Below, piece by piece: positions 16,511 to 25,555 of a stretch of 61,705 bases of DNA. How positions within the stretch are numbered: position 1 is the stretch's first letter; every line of letters starts with the position of its first letter. Source of the DNA: Desulfobulbaceae bacterium (GTDB taxonomy: Bacteria > Desulfobacterota > Desulfobulbia > Desulfobulbales > SURF-16); assembly GCA_003249165.1 (NCBI GenBank), contig QKJV01000332.1, positions 1 to 61,705 on the forward strand. Direction: 5' to 3'. Both the position numbers and the translations under genes were made by a program. The notes beneath the pieces were generated by a model. The model worked only from the letters and a program-made list of their open reading frames with translations. It was not told where the DNA came from and ran no database searches.

Positions 16511-18574
16511 TCAGTTGACACCTCCTATAATAGAGGCAAGCAAGCCATCCGTACTTGCTTCAATCGCTTGAATGTCAGCAATAATATCAGTAGGTTCACG
16601 CAGTTCAACGGGCTTATAAAAATACTTCGTGAAGCTGAGTTCATATCCAAGAACGACCGATTTCTCATCCACCCATGCATCCGGCACATAGGGCTTGACT
16701 TCGGCTTCAAAGAAAGCGTTGATGCCTCCAGCATAGGTAAGTGGTATTTGTTCGGTATCACCCAGGTTTTTGTCAATCTCTGGCTTACCATCCTTATCCA
16801 GAACAGGTTCGGCATTCTCGTCAACTTTAGTGAAATAGGTACGGATGGTTTTCAGTCGTTTTGACGTAAGACGAACGTTTTCATTATCTGCCAAAGTGGA
16901 CAGCTTTTTTATGAATACATTAAAATCCATAAGCGGTGTGCTTCCGAGCTTTTCTTGTGCTTTAAGCATCAATGCGTTGAGTTCATCATCCTTTTCTTTT
17001 TTCAGTAATTCGAGGTTGGCAACGCTAATTTCTACAGCTAAACGTAGCGGGCGTGCAATACCCACCGACCAATAGCCAAACTCCTCATTATCAAAAACCT
17101 TACTGAACCGCTCGTCAGCATCTGTAAACGCGAGGTAAAGATCAATAATCTGTTTTCTGATGTCCAAGTCCACTTCACAGTTTTTGCTTCCGAGGTTTTT
17201 GCGCAGCGAGGATTTCATTAAGGTTGCGTCAATAAGTTGTACTTTGCCTTTACGCTTTATATCCTTTTTATTAGTTACAACCCACAGGAAAGTGCCGATG
17301 CCAGTGTTATAAAACATATTCTCCGGCAGTGCCACAATTGTTTCAAGCATATCTTGTTCAATAATGTATCTTCTGAGATTGCTCGGGCCACTCCCGGCTT
17401 TACCTGTAAACAGTGACGAACCGTTATGTACTTCCACAATACGGCTTCCCAAATCGGTGGAAGTTTTCATTTTGTTGATATTATTTGCAAGAAACAGCAT
17501 CTGTGGGTCGCCAATATCGGGGATAAGAGAATATTCTGGGTCTCCAGCATATTCAATGATAAATCGGGGATCTGTAATATCTTCCTTTTTAATATTGCCC
17601 CATGCTTTTAACTCAGATTTCCATGATGTGCCGAAGGGAGGATTAGAAAGCATAAAGTCAAATTCCTCACGTGCAAATTTGTCATCGGAAATCGTAGAGC
17701 CAAACCGAATATTGTTTGCCTGCGCACCCTCACCTTTTACAAGCATATCGGCGCGGGCAATAGCATAAGTTTCATCAGCATTTTCTTGTCCGAATAGTTT
17801 GATAGATACATTCTTTTGCCGTCTTGCTGCCAACAGCTTTATATGATCCTCACCCACAGTCAGCATGCCGCCTGTTCCACAGGCTCCATCGTAAATACGA
17901 TAGGTTGTGCTTTGAATCTTGTCCTGAACGGGAATGAACGCAAGGTCTGCCATCAGTTCAACAATATCTCTCGGTGTAAAATGACGTCCGGCGTCGGTTA
18001 CGTTCGTTTCCTCATTGAACATACGGATAACTTCTTCAAAGAGAGACCCCATTGTATGATTATCCAGTTCCTCAATACGAACACTACCGTCTTCATTAAA
18101 GACAGGTTTATTGCTGAAGTTATATCGCGGATCAACAAATTTTTCTATGAGTAGACCCAGACGATCTTGTTCGGAGAGCCTGTCAATCTCATTTCTGATT
18201 TTAAACTTGTTAAGGATTTCCTGCACATTCTGAGAAAATCCGTCTAAATAGTTATTAAAATCTCGCTTGAGTTGCTGTTGATTGGTTCTTGATTTTAAAT
18301 CGGTCAAAGTGTAGTCACATTTATTAACAAACGCCTGACCTGCAATAGCACATAAAGCCGGGTCCAAATCGACCGAAAGACCTTTTTTCTCATATTCTTT
18401 TTTCGCTTTAATAACATCATCGTGCTTCTCTTCTAAAACCGCATCAAAACGACGGATAACAAAAAACGGAAGAATAATTTTACGGTAGTCGCCAACGTCG
18501 TAAACGTCAACAAGACAATCGTTGGCGATCCCCCAAATAAATGCCTTTAAAGAATTATAAGTAGCCTGGTTCAT
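16511..18574 (-). CDS. hsdM: type I R-M N6-adenine DNA methyltransferase subunit M
   Basis: 687 aa. Motif I DGACGTGGML, motif IV NPPFG. The stop abuts the hsdS start (TGAATG). Confidence 0.9.
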   Translation of the reverse strand: MNQATYNSLKAFIWGIANDCLVDVYDVGDYRKIILPFFVIRRFDAVLEEKHDDVIKAKKEYEKKGLSVDLDPALCAIAGQAFVNKCDYTLTDLKSRTNQQQLKRDFNNYLDGFSQNVQEILNKFKIRNEIDRLSEQDRLGLLIEKFVDPRYNFSNKPVFNEDGSVRIEELDNHTMGSLFEEVIRMFNEETNVTDAGRHFTPRDIVELMADLAFIPVQDKIQSTTYRIYDGACGTGGMLTVGEDHIKLLAARRQKNVSIKLFGQENADETYAIARADMLVKGEGAQANNIRFGSTISDDKFAREEFDFMLSNPPFGTSWKSELKAWGNIKKEDITDPRFIIEYAGDPEYSLIPDIGDPQMLFLANNINKMKTSTDLGSRIVEVHNGSSLFTGKAGSGPSNLRRYIIEQDMLETIVALPENMFYNTGIGTFLWVVTNKKDIKRKGKVQLIDATLMKSSLRKNLGSKNCEVDLDIRKQIIDLYLAFTDADERFSKVFDNEEFGYWSVGIARPLRLAVEISVANLELLKKEKDDELNALMLKAQEKLGSTPLMDFNVFIKKLSTLADNENVRLTSKRLKTIRTYFTKVDENAEPVLDKDGKPEIDKNLGDTEQIPLTYAGGINAFFEAEVKPYVPDAWVDEKSVVLGYELSFTKYFYKPVELREPTDIIADIQAIEASTDGLLASIIGGVN

Positions 18575-18617
18575 AATATTTAATCTCCTAATCTGTATTT
18601 TTTTTGCAACCTTTTAG

Positions 18618-18836
18618 TTATTCGCTTTTATCATTCATCATTTCCATGATGTCTCCAACATCACACTCCAAGACTTTGCATATTTTCGCAAGAATGTCGG
18701 TGCTAACGTTTTCGTCTTTCCCTAACTTGGCAAGAGTCGTCGTACTAATGCCAGTTGCCATCCGCAGGTCTTTCTTTTTCATATTTTTATCGATTAACAG
18801 CTTCCAAAGTTTTTTATAGCTCACTGCCATGCTCAT
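18618..18836 (-). CDS. XRE-family helix-turn-helix protein (72 aa)
   Basis: KKKDLRMATGISTTTLAKLGKDENVSTDILAKICKVLECDVGDI is a Cro/C1-type HTH. It lies 43 nt upstream of hsdM on the same strand. Confidence 0.8.
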   Translation of the reverse strand: MSMAVSYKKLWKLLIDKNMKKKDLRMATGISTTTLAKLGKDENVSTDILAKICKVLECDVGDIMEMMNDKSE

Positions 18837-18890
18837 ACCTCGCTTTCAATTGCATTGTGAATTACATACAATTCGCATAACTCAACATAT

Positions 18891-18919
18891 AGTATATCAA
18901 GCAAATTCGAAATAATCAA
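18891..18919 (-). promoter_or_regulatory. candidate promoter of the HTH/R-M block
   Basis: The minus strand reads TTGATT (18914-18919), a 17-nt spacer, then TATACT (18891-18896). A partly palindromic ttcaattgcattgtgaa lies between the -10 and the start codon. Confidence 0.35.
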
Positions 18920-19031
18920 CATTTTGTCTGAATAATAAGAAAAATAATTTGATATATCGCATCATTTGTGCCAATTCCTCTCGGTGGCAATGCAATGGAA
19001 CTAAAAATATTTATTAACTTTACTTGTTCTA

Positions 19032-19060
19032 TTGACAGGGGTATCATGACTGTGTATAAT
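19032..19060 (+). promoter_or_regulatory. consensus sigma-A promoter of the repressor operon
   Basis: TTGACA (19032-19037), a 17-nt spacer, then TATAAT (19055-19060). The palindrome gaacatgcttgttc follows immediately at 19077-19090. Confidence 0.6.
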
Positions 19061-19109
19061 AGTGTTAGAATTAAGCGAACATGCTTGTTCAATACAAGGA
19101 GGTACCAAT

Positions 19110-19493
19110 ATGGACGCAAAATTTGGTGAATATGTAAAAGCCAAAAGGTTAGAGAAGGACGTCAACCTCAGAAAATTGGCGGAAATACTCGGCATCGTTC
19201 CCGCCTACATGAGTGACATTGAGAAAGGAAGACGCTATCCACCGGACAGGGAGAAAATTTATAAAATTGCCGAAGCCTTGTCTCTTAACGATGATGAAAC
19301 GAATGAGATGTTTGACCTTGCGGCACTTGCAAAAGAGAACTCTATCTCTCCTGATTTGCCAGAGTATATTATGGGAACTGAAAAAGCACGTGTTGCTTTG
19401 AGAATGGCTCGTGATATAAATGCAGATGACAAAGATTGGCTGAAAATAATCGAGATGTTGGAAGCAAAGGAAAAAGGAGACGCAAATCATTGA
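19110..19493 (+). CDS. XRE/cI-like phage repressor
   Basis: Start chosen at ATG 19110 behind AAGGAGG. HTH LRKLAEILGIVPAYMSDIEKGRRYP. Confidence 0.85.
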   Translation: MDAKFGEYVKAKRLEKDVNLRKLAEILGIVPAYMSDIEKGRRYPPDREKIYKIAEALSLNDDETNEMFDLAALAKENSISPDLPEYIMGTEKARVALRMARDINADDKDWLKIIEMLEAKEKGDANH

Positions 19494-20212
19494 TATATTA
19501 CCAGTATTCGCCTTCTCAACTTGAAGCAAAAGCCATCGAGCTGACACAATGTTTTGACAATGAACGACTTATCTATCCAAAGTGCATTGATGTTTATGAT
19601 GTAGTTGATTTTATCGGTTGTACACCAGACTGGGTATACCTTACCCCGAACCAGTCTTATCTCGGCTTGACTGCGTATAACGACGGTTATTGGTGGGCAT
19701 GGCCTAAACCATACTATGAAGAAGGCATGTTCCCTACTAAGATTGCTGTTTCTTCGGGAACTATACTGATTGACCGAACCATAAGCGAAGGCGATAATCG
19801 TGGGATTGAAAACTTCACGGTTATACACGAATGCTTTCATCAAATACTACATCCTCGATGTTTTCGGAACAAATCGGCAAACTATCAGCATTTCTGCCAG
19901 AAGAAAGACTTCCGTGCCGAATCTGAAAACCGAAATAATATAACAGCAATTGAGCGCATTGAGGCTCAGGCAAATTACTGTACTGCTGCGTTTTTGATGC
20001 CTAAGTCAGCCTTAGAAGCGGTCTTTATGGAGAAAATGGAGCTGTCGTCTTTGCCTTCCTTGCCTATAAAAATCAACTGGAAAATCGATAGCATCATCGG
20101 AGAAATGGCAACTTTATTCAGCGTAAACTACTCACCCATGAAATACAGATTGCAGACATTAAATCTCCTTTCACGCGAAGGATCTTCTCTCGAAGAATAT
20201 CTTTGTAGTTAG
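19436..20212 (+). CDS. ImmA/IrrE-family metallopeptidase (anti-repressor protease)
   Basis: HEXXH motif IHECFHQILH. Paired with the XRE repressor. The true start may be TTG 19490 behind AGGAG, which would overlap the repressor stop. Confidence 0.8.
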   Translation: MAENNRDVGSKGKRRRKSLIYYQYSPSQLEAKAIELTQCFDNERLIYPKCIDVYDVVDFIGCTPDWVYLTPNQSYLGLTAYNDGYWWAWPKPYYEEGMFPTKIAVSSGTILIDRTISEGDNRGIENFTVIHECFHQILHPRCFRNKSANYQHFCQKKDFRAESENRNNITAIERIEAQANYCTAAFLMPKSALEAVFMEKMELSSLPSLPIKINWKIDSIIGEMATLFSVNYSPMKYRLQTLNLLSREGSSLEEYLCS

Positions 20213-20215
20213 AAC

Positions 20216-20256
20216 CGGGAGTGTGCGTAAAACAGTGCATTCCCGTTATTTTTTAA
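20216..20256 (+). terminator. rho-independent terminator candidate
   Basis: Stem cgggagtg / cattcccg followed by ttatttttt. Confidence 0.4.
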
Positions 20257-20347
20257 CCATAGTGTAGTAAATAAGCGAACAAGCTAATTTGCTACGAAAA
20301 ATAATTGGAGGTGTTGCTTATAAATATGAGTGAAAGGAGGACGTCTC

Positions 20348-20554
20348 ATGGAGATACTCCGTGATTGTATCGGTCGTATTGCCTGTAAAGGCGATGCCAC
20401 CACCGGTCTTATTGAAGTCCTGTATAAAGGGCATAAGATCCGAACAAAGATTCCCATTGGTGAAAAATTTATCATCGAAAGGGAGGACACCGTGACAACG
20501 GTCACGCGCAATACTACAACTTTCCATGTGGAGAGCTACCGCAGCGCAGCGTAA
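20348..20554 (+). CDS. small hypothetical protein (68 aa)
   Basis: ATG 20348 preceded by AAAGGAGG. In frame with the track ORF 20330..20554. Confidence 0.5.
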   Translation: MEILRDCIGRIACKGDATTGLIEVLYKGHKIRTKIPIGEKFIIEREDTVTTVTRNTTTFHVESYRSAA

Positions 20555-20593
20555 GGCGCAAACAACTGAATAAGGAATCCGCAGAGCTGCACG

Positions 20594-20640
20594 ACGGCCA
20601 GGATTAGTTCTCATACCAGAGGACTATCCCGGCCGTTTTT
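20594..20640 (+). terminator. rho-independent terminator candidate
   Basis: Stem acggcc(a)gga / tcc(c)ggccgt followed by ttttt. Confidence 0.4.
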
Positions 20641-20701
20641 CTATTTCTACGGATTGATTGGCTCCTGCGGATTTCATGAAAATCTGAAAGGAGTCGACCT
20701 T

Positions 20702-21184
20702 ATGACAATCAATCACAACAACACAAAAACACAACATTACATCGAAATCGACGGAGAGCAAATCCCCGTCACGGAAGAAGTCTACAGAGCTTTCAAACGT
20801 CCGCTTTGGGCTGAACATAAGCGTAAAGAACGGGAAAAACGCTGTATCAGCGAAAACGGAAGCCGTTGCAACAAAGACTGCAGCAAGTGCCACAAGCAGC
20901 GGACAGGCAGTGTCCTCTCGTTGGACAAATTCACAGAGGATGGGTTTGAAATTACTGAACCCATTGACCTTGCTGAACTGATAGCGGACAAGCTGCTTCT
21001 CGAAGAGTTGTATGTCGCTTTGGATGAACTCGACCCAGACAACCGCAGAATTATGGAGCTATTCAGTATCGGTAAGTCTGAGCGTGAAATCGCAGCCGAT
21101 ATCGGGCTTTCACAAAAAGCCATTAATAAAAGGAAAACAAAGTTATTTGCGCAGCTTCGGGAGCACCTTAAAGATTTTATTTGA
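20702..21184 (+). CDS. sigma-70 region-4-like transcription factor with Cys-rich N-terminal part
   Basis: Start at ATG 20702 behind GAAAGGAG. C-terminal LDPDNRRIMELFSIGKSEREIAADIGLSQKAINKRKTKL resembles a sigma region 4 HTH. Confidence 0.65.
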   Translation: MTINHNNTKTQHYIEIDGEQIPVTEEVYRAFKRPLWAEHKRKEREKRCISENGSRCNKDCSKCHKQRTGSVLSLDKFTEDGFEITEPIDLAELIADKLLLEELYVALDELDPDNRRIMELFSIGKSEREIAADIGLSQKAINKRKTKLFAQLREHLKDFI

Positions 21185-21188
21185 TCTT

Positions 21189-21223
21189 GGTACTCAAAAT
21201 GCCCTCTGGTGTCCTGTGTATAT
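21189..21223 (+). promoter_or_regulatory. conserved motif copy 1 (GGTACTCAAA-N12-GTCCTGTG)
   Basis: One of four copies with identical 22-nt register. Lies directly after the sigma-like gene. Confidence 0.5.
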
Positions 21224-21256
21224 CAGAGGGCAACACAAAAAAAGAATTTTAAGCTC

Positions 21257-21291
21257 GGTACTCAAACTTCCATCTTCTGTCCTGTGGATGG
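21257..21291 (+). promoter_or_regulatory. conserved motif copy 2 (GGTACTCAAA-N12-GTCCTGTGGATGG)
   Basis: Same motif and spacing, upstream of the replication module. Confidence 0.5.
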
Positions 21292-21328
21292 CGAGGGAGA
21301 TAACCAGCCCTCAGAACGGAGGTTCAAA

Positions 21329-21502
21329 ATGCAGACACAGGAAAGACAAACCGACACTGAAATCCGCGATTGTGAGATGGACGAGGAACTGGCAGATGTC
21401 CTCACAGCAATCAGTGTGGTGTCAAAACGACTCGCCCGAAAGCTGGCAATGCTTTCACGGCAGGAGAAAGCAAAAAAGGAAGGAGGAAAAGCGGATGAGT
21501 AA
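21329..21502 (+). CDS. small hypothetical protein (57 aa)
   Basis: ATG 21329 behind GGAGG. In frame with the track ORF 21209..21502. Confidence 0.4.
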   Translation: MQTQERQTDTEIRDCEMDEELADVLTAISVVSKRLARKLAMLSRQEKAKKEGGKADE

Positions 21503-21827
21503 GACAAGTGAACTTTCCCTTGCGGTATCGGAACTGAAGCGTTGTGGTGAAGCACTGATTGGAATATCAGAATCACTGGCTGACTTTTTTAGTGGCAGTG
21601 GTGGAGTCGAAGTAGCTGAACAACCACAGCAGCAAGTTTCAGCCCCGGAAGATAAGCCAATCACCCTTGAAGCAGTAAGAGCCGTTCTTGCGGAAAAGAG
21701 CCGCGCCGGTCACACCGCAGAGGTTCGTGTACTGCTTGAAAAGCATGGTGCTGGGAAATTGTCGGAAATTGACCCTGCGAAATATCCGGCACTGCTTGCG
21801 GAAGCCGAGGTACTGGGAAATGGGTAA
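21495..21827 (+). CDS. hypothetical protein (110 aa)
   Basis: ATG 21495 behind AGGAGGAAAA. In frame with the C-terminal part of the track ORF 21012..21827. Confidence 0.45.
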   Translation: MSKTSELSLAVSELKRCGEALIGISESLADFFSGSGGVEVAEQPQQQVSAPEDKPITLEAVRAVLAEKSRAGHTAEVRVLLEKHGAGKLSEIDPAKYPALLAEAEVLGNG

Positions 21828-22941
21828 ACACGCTCTCCTCTCGGCTTCCGCGTCACACAGGTGGTTGAACTGCCCCCCTTCCGTAAGGCTCTGTGAGAGT
21901 TACGAGGACAAGGGTAGCGACTATGCGGCCGAAGGAACGGATGCGCACACTCTCTGTGAGTACAAGCTGAAAACCGCTCTCGGTATCAATGCCAAAGACC
22001 CCACCATCAGCCTTACCTATTACAACGAGGAGATGGAGGAATGCGCTAACGGATATGCCGCCTACATCCTGGAACTTGTAGAATCGGCAAAGCAGAATTG
22101 CACTGACCCGGTTATCCTCATCGAACAAAGGCTCGATTTTTCAAGGTATGTTGAGGGCGGCTTCGGCACCGGCGACTGCGTGGTCATCGCGGACGGTACG
22201 CTCCACATCGTGGATTACAAACACGGGCAGGGTGTTCTGGTGGAAGCCGAAGACAATCCGCAGATGAAACTGTATGCGCTGGGCGCCTTGGAAATCTTTG
22301 ATGGCATCTACGACATCGACACGGTTTCCATGACAATCTATCAGCCCCGGCGTGACAACGTATCTACCCACACTGTGTTCAAAGAATCCTTATACCAATG
22401 GGCTGATGAAGTCCTGAAACCAACGGCTGAACTCGCTTATGCAGGCGAAGGTGAATTTAACTGCGGTGAATGGTGTCAATTCTGCAAGGCAAAGCATGAC
22501 TGCCGCGCCAGGACCGAACGCAACATGGAACTCGCACGATACGAATTCAAGCTGCCGCCGCTGCTTTCGGAGGATGATGTCGAGGATATCCTCGGAAAAA
22601 TTGATGACCTGATCTCATGGGCTTCAGATATTAAGGACTACGCTCTGCAGGCTGCCATCAGCGGTAAACAGTGGAATGGCTGGAAGCTGGTTGAAGGTCG
22701 CTCCAACCGCAAATACACAGACGAAGCGGCTGTTGCCGAAGCCGTCAGTGTCGCCGGGTTCGACCCATATGAACATAAGGTTCTCGGCATTACTGCCATG
22801 ACCTCTCTGCTCGGTAAAAGACGCTTTGAAGAAATCATCGGAAGTTTTATTGAAAAGCCGCAAGGCAAACCAACGCTCGTACCGGAGAGCGATAAACGCC
22901 CGGCAATCTATACAGCACAACAAGATTTTAATGAAATTTAA
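21820..22941 (+). CDS. DUF2800-type PD-(D/E)XK (Cas4-like) nuclease
   Basis: Starts MGKHALLSASASHRWLNCPPS..AAEGTDAHTL. C-terminal Cys cluster CGEWCQFCKAKHDC. Confidence 0.75.
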   Translation: MGKHALLSASASHRWLNCPPSVRLCESYEDKGSDYAAEGTDAHTLCEYKLKTALGINAKDPTISLTYYNEEMEECANGYAAYILELVESAKQNCTDPVILIEQRLDFSRYVEGGFGTGDCVVIADGTLHIVDYKHGQGVLVEAEDNPQMKLYALGALEIFDGIYDIDTVSMTIYQPRRDNVSTHTVFKESLYQWADEVLKPTAELAYAGEGEFNCGEWCQFCKAKHDCRARTERNMELARYEFKLPPLLSEDDVEDILGKIDDLISWASDIKDYALQAAISGKQWNGWKLVEGRSNRKYTDEAAVAEAVSVAGFDPYEHKVLGITAMTSLLGKRRFEEIIGSFIEKPQGKPTLVPESDKRPAIYTAQQDFNEI

Positions 22942-22954
22942 GGAGGAAAATCTA

Positions 22955-23533
22955 ATGTCTACTAATGTAAACAAAGTCAACAGCAACCCTATGAAAGTCA
23001 TCACCGGTCCTGACACCCGCTGGTCTTACGCCAATGTCTGGGAAGCAAAATCCATCAACGGAGGTACACCGAAATTTTCGGTATCTCTCATTATTCCCAA
23101 GTCTGATACACGCACCGTTGCAAAAATTAAGGGCGCAATCGAAGCTGCCTACCATGAGGGTGAATCAAAGCTAAAAGGCAACGGCAAGTCTGTGCCACCC
23201 CTCTCCGCCATCAAGACACCCCTACGCGACGGTGATTCCGAACGTCCGGATGATCCAGCCTATGCAAACGCTTACTTCATCAATGCCAACTCAGCAACCG
23301 CGCCCGGTATCGTTGATGCCGACCGCCAGCCTATCATCACCCGCTCCGATGTATACAGCGGTGTGTACGGAAGGGCAAGCATCAATTTTTATGCCTTCAA
23401 CAGTAACGGCAATAGGGGTATCGCCTGTGGACTGAACAATCTGCAGAAAATTAGCGATGGTGAACCGCTCGGAGGTAAGTCCAGGGCTGAGGATGATTTC
23501 GACTCTGACCTTGATGAGGACTTCCTATCGTGA
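22955..23533 (+). CDS. DUF2815-type single-strand DNA-binding-like protein
   Basis: ATG 22955 behind AGGAGG. KVITGPDTRWSYANVWEAK..KFSVSLIIPKSD is the family signature. Confidence 0.7.
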   Translation: MSTNVNKVNSNPMKVITGPDTRWSYANVWEAKSINGGTPKFSVSLIIPKSDTRTVAKIKGAIEAAYHEGESKLKGNGKSVPPLSAIKTPLRDGDSERPDDPAYANAYFINANSATAPGIVDADRQPIITRSDVYSGVYGRASINFYAFNSNGNRGIACGLNNLQKISDGEPLGGKSRAEDDFDSDLDEDFLS

Positions 23534-25470
23534 GGGCGGTCAGCATCGACATAGAAACGTATAGCAGTGTAGACCTCGCCAAAAGCGGGGTCTACCGCTA
23601 TGCGGAATCACCGGACTTTGAAATCCTTCTTTTCGGATATTCCGTTGATGGGAGCGAGGTTCAAGTCGTCGACCTTGCCAGCGGTGAAAGATTGCCGGAT
23701 GAAATACGTTCAGCCATTATCGACCCAGCAGTTATTAAGTGGGCATTTAACGCCCAGTTCGAACGCATCTGCCTGTCAAAGTGGCTCGGGTTGCCTGAAG
23801 GTCAATATCTCGACCCCACGTCCTGGCACTGCACAATGGTGTGGTCAGCATATATGGGTCTGCCCCTATCTCTCGAAGGATGCGGTGCTGTCCTTGGTCT
23901 TGAAAAGCAGAAATTGACTGAGGGAAAAGATCTTATCCGATACTTCTGCAAACCATGCGCTCCAACTGCAGCCAATGGTGGTCGCACCCGCAACTTGCCT
24001 GTTCATGCACAGGATAAATGGGCGGCGTTCAAAACATATAATCTCCGCGACGTTGAGACAGAAATCGCCATTAAGGAAAAGCTGGCGAAGTTCCCCGTCC
24101 CTAATAATACCTGGGAGGAATACGGTCTTGACCAAACAATCAACGACCGTGGCATTGCCCTGGATATGGGTCTTGTGCATCAAGCCATAGATATGGATAA
24201 CAGTTCCCGTTCCCAACTTACCCACCAGATGCGGGAAATGACTGAACTTGATAATCCAAACTCCGTTATGCAGATGAAGCAGTGGCTTTCAGAACATGGG
24301 CTTGAAACCGACACACTCGGGAAAAAGGCAGTTGCAGAACTGTTGAAGTCAGCCCCAGAACCTCTTGGTAAGGTATTAAATCTCAGACAGTCGCTTGCAA
24401 AGTCATCTATAAAGAAATACACGGCAATGGAAAATGCGGTCTGTGCTGATAACCGTACCCGCGGTATGTTCCAGTTTCATGGGGCTAACCGTACCGGCAG
24501 ATGGGCAGGCAGGATTATTCAATTGCAAAATCTCCCCCAGAACCATTTGCCGGATTTGGAACAGGCTCGCAGCCTTGTGCAGTCCGGCGATCTCACCGCT
24601 TTGGAAATGCTCTATGGCTCCGTACCGGAAGTACTGTCTGAACTTATTCGTACAGCCTTTATCCCAAAAAAGGGTTGTAAATTTATTGTGGCCGACTTCT
24701 CGGCAATTGAAGCAAGGGTCATCGCCTGGCTCGCAGGTGAAACGTGGCGGCAGGAGGTCTTTGCATCAGGCGGCGATATCTACTGTGCTTCCGCTTCTCA
24801 GATGTTCAGGGTACCGGTTGAGAAACACGGTGTAAACAGCCACCTGCGACAGAAAGGTAAAATTGCTGAACTGGCTCTGGGTTATGGCGGATCGGTTGGC
24901 GCTCTTAAGTCTATGGGTGCATTGGAGATGGGGCTTACTGGAAACGAACTTGGGCCGCTGGTTTCAGCCTGGCGTTCTTCCAATCCCAAAATAGTGAGGT
25001 TTTGGTGGGATGTTGACCGTGCCGCAATGAAAGCTGTACGGGAACATTCCATAACTGAAACGCATGGCCTTCGCTTCACTTACGGGAGCGGTATGCTATT
25101 TATCACACTCCCATCCGGCAGACGGCTTGCCTATGTAAAACCACGTATCGGTATAAATCAGTTTGGTTCGGAATGCATCACCTATGAGGGTGTGGGAAGT
25201 ACGAAAAAGTGGGAACGGATTGAAAGCTATGGTCCCAAATTCGTTGAGAACATCGTACAGGCCACAAGCCGCGACATCCTCTGCTTTGCCATGATTAACC
25301 TTCGCCATTTTTCCATTGTGATGCATATTCACGACGAGCTGGTCATCGAAGCCGACCAACAAATTTCTATTGAAGAAATATGCAAACTTATGGGTCAAAC
25401 CCCACCCTGGGCAAAAGGCCTTTTACTTCGGGCGGACGGATATGAAACATCATTTTATAAAAAAGACTGA
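23530..25470 (+). CDS. family A DNA polymerase (PolA-like, with 3'-5' exonuclease)
   Basis: 646 aa, GTG start. Exo motif SIDIETYS. Polymerase motifs ADFSAIEARV, RQKGKIAELALGYGG, HIHDELVIEA. Confidence 0.9.
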   Translation: MRAVSIDIETYSSVDLAKSGVYRYAESPDFEILLFGYSVDGSEVQVVDLASGERLPDEIRSAIIDPAVIKWAFNAQFERICLSKWLGLPEGQYLDPTSWHCTMVWSAYMGLPLSLEGCGAVLGLEKQKLTEGKDLIRYFCKPCAPTAANGGRTRNLPVHAQDKWAAFKTYNLRDVETEIAIKEKLAKFPVPNNTWEEYGLDQTINDRGIALDMGLVHQAIDMDNSSRSQLTHQMREMTELDNPNSVMQMKQWLSEHGLETDTLGKKAVAELLKSAPEPLGKVLNLRQSLAKSSIKKYTAMENAVCADNRTRGMFQFHGANRTGRWAGRIIQLQNLPQNHLPDLEQARSLVQSGDLTALEMLYGSVPEVLSELIRTAFIPKKGCKFIVADFSAIEARVIAWLAGETWRQEVFASGGDIYCASASQMFRVPVEKHGVNSHLRQKGKIAELALGYGGSVGALKSMGALEMGLTGNELGPLVSAWRSSNPKIVRFWWDVDRAAMKAVREHSITETHGLRFTYGSGMLFITLPSGRRLAYVKPRIGINQFGSECITYEGVGSTKKWERIESYGPKFVENIVQATSRDILCFAMINLRHFSIVMHIHDELVIEADQQISIEEICKLMGQTPPWAKGLLLRADGYETSFYKKD

Positions 25471-25475
25471 CACGG

Positions 25476-25510
25476 GGTACTCAAAACAGTGCTTCGTGTC
25501 CTGTGGATGG
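25476..25510 (+). promoter_or_regulatory. conserved motif copy 3 (GGTACTCAAA-N12-GTCCTGTGGATGG)
   Basis: Same motif and spacing, in the 85-nt gap before the Bro/KilAC gene. Confidence 0.5.
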
Positions 25511-25555
25511 TGAGGGGGTTTATCCCTCAATAAATCCATTTTCAGGAGGTTCAAT

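Noticed and set aside
18618-18836. RES-Xre toxin-antitoxin pair split by prophage insertion (RES gene at 59237-61075, XRE at 18618-18836)
   Set aside because: Removing the prophage would place the XRE gene downstream of the RES gene, the opposite of the usual antitoxin-first order. The XRE lacks a DUF2384-type domain and is tightly linked to hsdM instead.
18890-18917. Direct similarity between prophage flanks (tagtatatcaagcaaattcgaaataatc versus 59203-59233 tagtataaacataaagcaaatctcattattc) as att sites
   Set aside because: The match is short, gapped and in AT-rich DNA. Serine recombinases leave only a 2-bp identity. This is not enough to define phage ends.
21012-21827. 271-aa track ORF spanning the sigma gene end and the intergenic motifs
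   Set aside because: The N-terminal two thirds overlap the sigma-like gene and the promoter-like motifs in another frame. Only the distal part (21495-21827, with RBS) looks genuine.
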